Source: Firmicutes bacterium HGW-Firmicutes-19
GTDB lineage: Bacteria > Bacillota_I > Bacilli_A > Erysipelotrichales > Erysipelotrichaceae
Direction: 5' to 3'
NCBI GenBank assembly: GCA_002841515.1
Contig: PGZW01000001.1
Coordinates: 1-44,719, forward strand
Length of the DNA stretch: 44,719 bases
In this document: positions 17,082 through 24,136 of the stretch, in pieces
How the letters are laid out: the number at the start of each line of letters is the position of its first letter
Position numbering within the stretch: position 1 is the first letter of the stretch
Notes under the pieces: model-generated
Told to the model about the DNA's origin: nothing
The model's input: only the letters and a program-made list of their open reading frames with translations
The model's database searches: none
Position numbers and translations under genes: made by a program

Positions 17082-18086
17082 TCACATTCCAAGTTTTTTA
17101 GCCAAATCATCAATGTTTGATTTTATTTTCTTAATCTCATAAATGCATTTATTTTTTTGCTCATTATTCATGCTGGTTATTTCATCGATAATGTCCTTTT
17201 CGGCAGTAAAATCTTTAAACTTGCTTAATCGTTCAATAAGAGTACTTGTTGCTCCTGCCAATTCTGCTTTCTCGAATGCATCATCGATTGTATATGAGCC
17301 TTCAACGAACTTCTCAATTATTTTCTCTTTCTTATTTCCTTTAATTTTAAGAACAGGAACTAGTTTTTGTCTAATATCTATTGCATTAGCTATCTCTCCA
17401 CTTTTAATTTTCTCTACAACTGCATTATCAAGCCCAATATGTAAGCCCCTAGCTTTCTTAATATGAATAGATTTGAAATACTCATCAAAATAGCTCCATT
17501 TTTGGCTATCGCAGATTTTGTTGTCTATCATAAATGAATAGATATCTATTAGTTGCTTAACACGCTGCTCTGACAAACCCATTTCTTTAGCCATATTTAA
17601 AGCGGATATCTCATGCTTTTTGTGTCTTCTATACAAGTAACCGGCTTGTTCAAAAGGTGCCCAATCCTTACGGCTAATTATGTGATACTGCCCAAGTAAC
17701 ATAAATATGTCTTTTTCATCAATATCATGGGGAAGAATCTGGCATCTAATTTTCCCCCATTTAATAGGATCTTTTCTAGCTAGTTTTCTATAGGCAGCTA
17801 ATCTACTGTTTCCTTCGAAGACGACAAAGTCAATATCCCTTACTATGACCGGATCAATTAAACCGCCATTTGCCTTAATTGACTGAACCAATGAGTTTAC
17901 ATGTTCCATTTCTTCAAGTTGTTCTTGTATATCTTGTTGTGATGGCTCAGATTCAGAATTTAATCTAAGTAATGAAAAAATTCTGGGGTTCTCAGGGTAA
18001 AACAATAATTTCTCTTGCTCTAGTTCTGTGTGCTTTACAGTTATCTTCTTGCCAGAAATAACCAATTCTCCATAATATTCACTCAT
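17082..18086 (-). CDS. ParB/Srx N-terminal-domain protein, paralogue B
   Basis: ORF track 17082..18107. ATG 18084-18086 (MSEYYGEL) has GGGGGA upstream and overlaps the SNF2 stop by 8 nt. Motifs: YPENPRI, SIKANGGLIDPVIV, VFEGNSRLAAYRKL (GxxR box), DWAPFEQAGYLY. Confidence 0.75.
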   Translation of the reverse strand: MSEYYGELVISGKKITVKHTELEQEKLLFYPENPRIFSLLRLNSESEPSQQDIQEQLEEMEHVNSLVQSIKANGGLIDPVIVRDIDFVVFEGNSRLAAYRKLARKDPIKWGKIRCQILPHDIDEKDIFMLLGQYHIISRKDWAPFEQAGYLYRRHKKHEISALNMAKEMGLSEQRVKQLIDIYSFMIDNKICDSQKWSYFDEYFKSIHIKKARGLHIGLDNAVVEKIKSGEIANAIDIRQKLVPVLKIKGNKKEKIIEKFVEGSYTIDDAFEKAELAGATSTLIERLSKFKDFTAEKDIIDEITSMNNEQKNKCIYEIKKIKSNIDDLAKKLGM

Positions 18087-19566
18087 TTGCTTCATCCCCC
18101 ATTTCAAGTATTTCGTGAACTATTTTCCCATAATCGTAATTCGAGTTTTGCTGGTATGTTTCTAATGTAATATCACCTTGAGCTAATTGTGCTGCAAGAT
18201 ATTTACTCTTTATAAGTGCGTCAATCCACTCATCAATAGAATCCTTCATAATTAAATTATAGATATGACATGTTTTAGTTTGAGATATTCTATGAATTCT
18301 ATCCTGAGCTTGTAAATAGTCATCTAGACTTAAATTCCGGTCATAAAATATAGCATGGTTTGCGACAGTTAATGTTAATCCTTCTTTAGCAGAGGCTGGT
18401 GTAGCTATTAGTACTTTAGCATCATTGTCAGTTAGAAATCTTTCCACTGATTCATTTCTGTCAGCTATGTTCATTCCTCCGTAAATCTTTACTGCTCCAT
18501 AATCTTTAAACTCACTTGTCAACCACTTAACATTATCAATGAATGTTGTCCACACGATTACCTTTTCACCTTTATTTATTATAGTTTGCACAATATTCTC
18601 AAGGATCCGAAATTTACCAGGTTGGTCGTAGTAACTTGAGTCGATTAATTTGGGATTGGATGTCACTTGAATCAAACGTAGCAGTCTTTTTAAAACCGAT
18701 TCAGAACTATCCTCTTTTAGTTTGCCGTCTTTCTTAATTACAATACGTAGTTCTTTCTTAATTTGCTCATACATATCCTTCTGATAAAACTCCCAATCGC
18801 AAGTAATTACATGATACTCTTTGTTAGGCAATTCAATAATTCCGCTTCCTTTTGTCTCTCTAACTGAAAATCCTGATATTTTCGAGAAAATTATGTTGAT
18901 TGAGTCTTCGAAATCTTTCCTGGTTTCAAGATTATCAATATAACTATTTTTCAGATCCGCACTCTTCCTAAAGTAATCGAAATCATCACCCAAAGATTTG
19001 CCTTTATCAAGAAAATATATTTGAGCCCAAATATCGTATGGTCTGTTTGCTACAGGTGTTCCAGTCATAATAATTCGTTTCTGAAACAAATCTGACAAAG
19101 CAAACAGTGTTTGAGTTATTTTTGACTCGGGGTTTTTCATTTTCGCTGATTCGTCAATAATAATCGCAACATTCCTTGTCTTACAAAACAGTTCCAGTCG
19201 ATCTTTCTCACTTACAAGTACTTCAAAATGTGTTAATACCAGTCGAGCAGGACTATTAAAAACATAAAAATTCCCAGCTAAATTTTGTGATAAGACTCGA
19301 GGTTTCATGAAAGTATGATTTTTAAGTTCTTTTTCCCAATTGGCTATTAAGCTCTTTTTGGTCAGATAAATCACAGTGTCAATGATACCGTTCTTTAACC
19401 AATAAAGCATAATGTCAATTGCTATTTTTGTCTTGCCTAGCCCTTGTTCATGGAAAATTGCTGCATAGGGCAAGTCCTTGACAAACTCAACAGCTTGTTT
19501 CTGGTAAATGAAAGGTTCAAACTTCGACTTAAGATTAGGTTCTCTTTTTAATGATATCTTCTGCAT
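18079..19566 (-). CDS. Minimal SNF2-family ATPase/translocase
   Basis: 495 aa. Motif I HEQGLGKTK, motif II IIIDESAKMKN, motif III MTGTPVANR; C-terminal lobe LTVANHAIFYDRNLSLDDYLQAQDRIHRISQT. No extra domains. Confidence 0.85.
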   Translation of the reverse strand: MQKISLKREPNLKSKFEPFIYQKQAVEFVKDLPYAAIFHEQGLGKTKIAIDIMLYWLKNGIIDTVIYLTKKSLIANWEKELKNHTFMKPRVLSQNLAGNFYVFNSPARLVLTHFEVLVSEKDRLELFCKTRNVAIIIDESAKMKNPESKITQTLFALSDLFQKRIIMTGTPVANRPYDIWAQIYFLDKGKSLGDDFDYFRKSADLKNSYIDNLETRKDFEDSINIIFSKISGFSVRETKGSGIIELPNKEYHVITCDWEFYQKDMYEQIKKELRIVIKKDGKLKEDSSESVLKRLLRLIQVTSNPKLIDSSYYDQPGKFRILENIVQTIINKGEKVIVWTTFIDNVKWLTSEFKDYGAVKIYGGMNIADRNESVERFLTDNDAKVLIATPASAKEGLTLTVANHAIFYDRNLSLDDYLQAQDRIHRISQTKTCHIYNLIMKDSIDEWIDALIKSKYLAAQLAQGDITLETYQQNSNYDYGKIVHEILEMGDEANE

Positions 19567-19567
19567 A

Positions 19568-19975
19568 TCAAAACTCCAAAATTCTAAGTTCGATTTTGCT
19601 ATCGGTTGAATACTTAAGTTTTCTTTTGAAGATATTGTTCACTATAGGTTTGCAAAAATACGGAACAGATAAAACTATCATTGATTTTCCATCGTGAATT
19701 TTACAAGTTGTTAGATAACTCTCATATTGAGAAATACTGTGAGATCTTTCAATATCTTTCGCGCTCTTAGCCTCACCAATCACCAATAAACCATCTAGTG
19801 GACGGTATGCATATAGATCTGGGAAATAACCACCAAAAGTACATTTGGGCTTATTGTATTGCTCATATCCAGGACAATCAGCAAGAATGTAACTTTCGTC
19901 ACCGTGAAAGATATTGAGTACAACCCAATCTTTCATCTCTTTGACCAATTGCATGTGCTCTATAGACTCTGACAT
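19568..19975 (-). CDS. Small PD-(D/E)xK-fold nuclease candidate
   Basis: 135 aa. FPDLYAYRPLDGLLVIGEAKS gives PD...(11 aa)...GEAK, the restriction-endonuclease-fold signature. It abuts ParB-like A (TAA|ATG) and ends 1 nt before the SNF2 ATG. Confidence 0.55.
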   Translation of the reverse strand: MSESIEHMQLVKEMKDWVVLNIFHGDESYILADCPGYEQYNKPKCTFGGYFPDLYAYRPLDGLLVIGEAKSAKDIERSHSISQYESYLTTCKIHDGKSMIVLSVPYFCKPIVNNIFKRKLKYSTDSKIELRILEF

Positions 19976-20998
19976 TTATTCATTACTCAATTCATTATAC
20001 AGAGTCTTAATCTGTTCATGCAGTTCCATAATAATGGTATATCGTTGTGGTTCGTTACCACTTTTTAAAGCAGTAAATTCCTCAAAAGGCAGTGATCTAA
20101 TTTTCCTTATAGCTTCAAGAATTAAGTTTTCAAGTGATGATCTTTCTAGTCCAGGTTCTGATGGCACTACACAGAATTTCCTAGCATCCTTGATACTTTT
20201 GCCATCCTTAAGAAATTCTTGCTTTGCTCTTTGGTTATCTAGAATCACAGGCAACTCACGAATGTCAGCAATAGGTTTAAACTTGTTATCAATTACCCAC
20301 TGAGAAAAATCTTTAAGGGTGAACCCATGTTTCAGAATTGAATGTTGTATAGAATCTCTTAAAACTTCCCTAAATGCAGAAAACTTATTCTTTTCAAACT
20401 CATCATCACTCTCTAGAAGTGGTCTATAGTGTTCTTCCATGAGATTATACGCTCTAATATAATCTTGAACATCAGATTTATTCCCTCCACAAAAATCAAC
20501 AATTTGTGCCATTGTCAAACATTCATCTTTATAAAGAGAATTTAGATATTTAGCTTTACTATATGGATCCCAATCACGTGGTCCAACTAAGTGAGCTTGC
20601 AATCTTATTGCATTTATCATCTGCTGTTCTGTATCAGTATAAACTATTGCTGGAATAGAGGACCAATCACCTTTAATATTATCCTTAAGAAATTCTCGGT
20701 AAATCTGTACCCGCGTATTACCTTCAACTACAGTAAATGTACCACTATTACTATCGTAGTTTACAATAATTGGATGGATTATACCCCCATTTGTTCTAAT
20801 TGACTCCTTCAAACTTGTGTATGTGGTACCTGGGGATGTCCCACTGTTGCTGTTCGATACAAGTGCTAGTTTAATCATTTCTTCACTGATTTCATCGTTA
20901 TACATTTCTAAAATCGATTTGATTCTTGGATTGTCACGATCCAACTGCAGATCTGACACTTGTAGCATTTTAAACTCTGTTTTGACTTGATATGTCAT
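19976..20998 (-). CDS. ParB/Srx N-terminal-domain protein, paralogue A
   Basis: 340 aa. AAGGAGG SD. Motifs: LQLDRDNPRI, SIRTNGGIIHPIIV, VVEGNTRVQIYREF (GxxR box), DWDPYSKAKYL. Collinear motif order with 17082-18086. Confidence 0.75.
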   Translation of the reverse strand: MTYQVKTEFKMLQVSDLQLDRDNPRIKSILEMYNDEISEEMIKLALVSNSNSGTSPGTTYTSLKESIRTNGGIIHPIIVNYDSNSGTFTVVEGNTRVQIYREFLKDNIKGDWSSIPAIVYTDTEQQMINAIRLQAHLVGPRDWDPYSKAKYLNSLYKDECLTMAQIVDFCGGNKSDVQDYIRAYNLMEEHYRPLLESDDEFEKNKFSAFREVLRDSIQHSILKHGFTLKDFSQWVIDNKFKPIADIRELPVILDNQRAKQEFLKDGKSIKDARKFCVVPSEPGLERSSLENLILEAIRKIRSLPFEEFTALKSGNEPQRYTIIMELHEQIKTLYNELSNE

Positions 20999-21016
20999 TT
21001 GTTTTCCTCCTTAAAT

Positions 21017-22180
21017 TTATGTTAGTTTTCTAATCCAATCATATATTTCTTCCCAATTATCGACTGGGATGATATTTTTAGGCATATCCATTTTTTGATT
21101 ATACAATTGTTTCATTAAAAATACGATTCTGCAAGTTTGACTAAGTCTTATTGCATTATCTAGATTATCTTCGACGAAAAATTCGATTTTCTTTTCTGCA
21201 CTCAAAATATACCTGTCCTTTATTAGAGTATTATCTTTTTCAATAGTCAAATCATCATGCTCAAAATCATTGCACTCTAGCCACCTTTTGGTTAACTCAT
21301 CGACGTTGAACGTAGCACTCTTCCAGTCTCTCTTAGTAAATATATGTACTTTATAATTTAGGTTGGTTCTAATCTTTGCTAAGTAGGTCGAAGATTTATT
21401 TTTGACCGGCATCTTAGACCAGTATTCTTTCGTTAAGAAAACACTTTGTTCTATGTTCTTGGTTACCCTTTCAATACACTTGTGTACTGGGATTTCGACT
21501 ATCTCATCGTGCACAATGTTTAGACCTGTGTGATTTTCATTTGCAATATCACAAAAGTGGTATGTGTGTTCATTTAATACACCATCAATATCAACTCCGA
21601 TTATTTTTGAATACATATCACTAGCCTCCTCCGCGCTTTTGCAAATCCCTCTGTATGCATAATAATGACCTAAAATAAGTATTATCCATGCTATAAAATA
21701 CCAATAAAATTCTACTTGTATTACGTTGCCAATTAATCTCATTGCGCCATAGACTAGATAAGACGAATTTGCTGTTCCAGTCGCTAACACAATCCAGATA
21801 AACTGCAAATGATCTACATATGATGGTTTATTTTTTTGAGTAGGTAAAACCGAATAATAAAGTATTTCATCATTACTCAAATCTGATTTGTTATAATGAT
21901 ATGCTCTCATAGAATTCACTACTCGAGCGTACAATATCGCTTCGTTTCGGAGTTGATATAAGTAAAAGCTAGCGAATGTTGCAACTAGCCCAACAAGTAA
22001 TAAAGCATAAGATAAAATTGTTCCTTCATTATCTTTTGATAAAAGAAAGAAAGGTGCAGCATATATTGCCAATAGGTATTGGAAGAAAGTAGTAATTCTT
22101 TGAGAAATGCTAAAATGTGATTGGGCAATCACTTCATACTCCTTTAGGAAGAAATCAGACTCTCGAGCTTTATCTCTCAT
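21017..22180 (-). CDS. Membrane-anchored HAD-superfamily phosphatase, NT5C (5'(3')-deoxyribonucleotidase)-like
   Basis: 387 aa. The N-terminal ~170 aa has 4-5 hydrophobic helices. C-terminal domain: IIGVDIDGVLNE (DxDxV), HIFTKRDW (motif II), LTKRWLECNDF (K..WL), FFVEDNLDNA (motif IV-like). AAGGAG SD. The ATG overlaps the upstream DUF2075 gene by 11 nt, and there is only an 18-nt gap to ParB-like A. Confidence 0.65.
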   Translation of the reverse strand: MRDKARESDFFLKEYEVIAQSHFSISQRITTFFQYLLAIYAAPFFLLSKDNEGTILSYALLLVGLVATFASFYLYQLRNEAILYARVVNSMRAYHYNKSDLSNDEILYYSVLPTQKNKPSYVDHLQFIWIVLATGTANSSYLVYGAMRLIGNVIQVEFYWYFIAWIILILGHYYAYRGICKSAEEASDMYSKIIGVDIDGVLNEHTYHFCDIANENHTGLNIVHDEIVEIPVHKCIERVTKNIEQSVFLTKEYWSKMPVKNKSSTYLAKIRTNLNYKVHIFTKRDWKSATFNVDELTKRWLECNDFEHDDLTIEKDNTLIKDRYILSAEKKIEFFVEDNLDNAIRLSQTCRIVFLMKQLYNQKMDMPKNIIPVDNWEEIYDWIRKLT

Positions 22181-24062
22181 TATTTTGCTCCTTAATAAGA
22201 TTATTCTTAAGTCTAGGATTAATTATATAAACAAAACATCCTTTTTGCCCCCTTGTAAGAAGTGTTCTGTATGTATTCTTAATAATCTCATCCGCAATCT
22301 CTTTTGCTTTATCCGGATTTGTCTTAAGCATTGATTTCAACCCTTTGATAGAAGCATCAGTATTCGCTCTTTTCGTGATGTCCGTGATGATTTTACCATC
22401 CTCATATCTGATATCATCCCCAATGATCACACCCACATAATCGAACTCTAATCCTTGGGAAGTATGAATACATCCCACTTGATTTACGGATTCCGGATCA
22501 ATTGCCCAGGTATCCGTATTTCCTAAGTTCCAAGCCATCTCAAAATCATGTTCCGGAATCTTGATATCAAAGTGATTTGGATTGTTCTTATTCTGACTGT
22601 CCCAGTCCCAGCAGTATCCGGCTAGCAGTCGTGCTCGATTATTAATTTTATTCTTCTCTTTAATCAAATCTCTAAGTTCATTTGGACTGTCTACGATTCT
22701 GAAATCATAGTCGAAGTCCTTATCAAAGGTCGTATTAGCTGTCTCTCGGATTTGTAATATGTGATCGATCCATGCCAGATAGCCATCACTTCCATTACAC
22801 CTGAACTGAGATTGTAATTCACCACCATAGATTTCTGCTTTATGGTATTGTGCCCACTTTTTGATTTCTTTAATCGATCCGATATCTTTAACTGTTATCT
22901 TCTGTCTTTCATCTATAAAGAAAATTGAGAACAGTGCGGCATGTATGATTTCCTTAATCTGATTCTCCCCGAGATTTCCCATGAGTCCGGATTTCTCATT
23001 TAGTCTGTGAGCCTCATCTACCACCAAGACATCAAACTGATTTTTCAAGGTCTGGGTATACTCACCTGAACCACTGAACAGTGCATTGATAAACGGTTTC
23101 TTATACCCACCTTCCTGCAACTTTCTTTTGAAGATGTTTCTCGGAGCTGCATTTTTCGTCACATAGCGACATACTTTACCGCTCTGCGCACTCATAAGTT
23201 CTGCCAGTAAATGTATAGCTAGTACGCTCTTCCCTGTTCCTGGGCCACCTTTGACCACGAAGATGCGTTTCTGACCATCTTTAAACGATAGCTGAGCTAG
23301 TTCTTTGGCTCGTTCATAGATAACCTTCTGTTCATCGATCATAATGAACTCAGGATTGCCTTTAACCATAGCTAATACTGATTCCTGTAACATTTTGGAA
23401 GGAACGATCTTACCTCGTTCAATATCATAGAGAACTTGTTTCTGATCTCCCTTTTTCAAATACTTCTTAATGAAGTCACGAAGCTTTTCATTGTCTCCTT
23501 TGATAAAGACCGGAGCTTGTTCCATGTAGTAGGAATAGTCCTCATCCAACAAAGGATCATCCACTTTTCTCGAATAATTATGTAAAAAAGCGCAAGGAAA
23601 CAATTCAATGTTTTTCTTGCGCACATCTTCGTTATAATCATGTATTAAACTGGCATACGACCAAGCTTGATAAGATGGATGTGTGGTATTAACTTTCGAA
23701 CCACCCAAAACCGTACGCACAATCGCATCTTGTCCGTTAACTTTCTCAACTTCACTCCACTGTTTTAATTCTATAATAACTGCTCTTGGTTTATCGGTTT
23801 CATCATATCCGGATAGTATCAAATCGACTCGCTTCGACGTATTGGGTATCTTATACTCAATCGCAATACCACTGTCATCGGGAATCTCAGGAGTATTGAT
23901 GACATTATTAACGAACGTTAAAGAATTCGCCCAAGAATGTATTTCTTGAATCGATACGTGTATTCCGGCTTTTTCCATAACTAAAGAACGAATCTTATCA
24001 TCGATTCGTTGGTGATACACATCTTGTACAAACTCATGTTTTAAGGCTTCGTACACAATCAT
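22170..24062 (-). CDS. DUF2075 (Schlafen-group-3-like SF1 ATPase) with N-terminal PD-(D/E)xK-like domain
   Basis: 630 aa. N-terminus KRVDLILSGYDE...AVIIELKQW (D...ELK). Walker A VVKGGPGTGKSVLAIHLL, Walker B VLVVDEAHRLNE. C-terminus CIHTSQGLEFDYVGVIIG and TLLTRGQKGCFVY. Confidence 0.8.
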   Translation of the reverse strand: MIVYEALKHEFVQDVYHQRIDDKIRSLVMEKAGIHVSIQEIHSWANSLTFVNNVINTPEIPDDSGIAIEYKIPNTSKRVDLILSGYDETDKPRAVIIELKQWSEVEKVNGQDAIVRTVLGGSKVNTTHPSYQAWSYASLIHDYNEDVRKKNIELFPCAFLHNYSRKVDDPLLDEDYSYYMEQAPVFIKGDNEKLRDFIKKYLKKGDQKQVLYDIERGKIVPSKMLQESVLAMVKGNPEFIMIDEQKVIYERAKELAQLSFKDGQKRIFVVKGGPGTGKSVLAIHLLAELMSAQSGKVCRYVTKNAAPRNIFKRKLQEGGYKKPFINALFSGSGEYTQTLKNQFDVLVVDEAHRLNEKSGLMGNLGENQIKEIIHAALFSIFFIDERQKITVKDIGSIKEIKKWAQYHKAEIYGGELQSQFRCNGSDGYLAWIDHILQIRETANTTFDKDFDYDFRIVDSPNELRDLIKEKNKINNRARLLAGYCWDWDSQNKNNPNHFDIKIPEHDFEMAWNLGNTDTWAIDPESVNQVGCIHTSQGLEFDYVGVIIGDDIRYEDGKIITDITKRANTDASIKGLKSMLKTNPDKAKEIADEIIKNTYRTLLTRGQKGCFVYIINPRLKNNLIKEQNNER

Positions 24063-24136
24063 GCAATTCCCCCACTTATATTGTGAAACATCTAAAATGA
24101 TTATACAACAATATACTTAAATCCTAAACCCTTAGT

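Noticed and set aside
15595-17085. Radical SAM enzyme considered as a prokaryotic viperin or QueE
   Set aside because: Viperins and QueE are ~200-350 aa and lack an N-terminal B12-binding-like domain. No TGT, QueC/QueD/FolE or viperin C-terminal motifs are nearby. It is therefore treated as a different subfamily.
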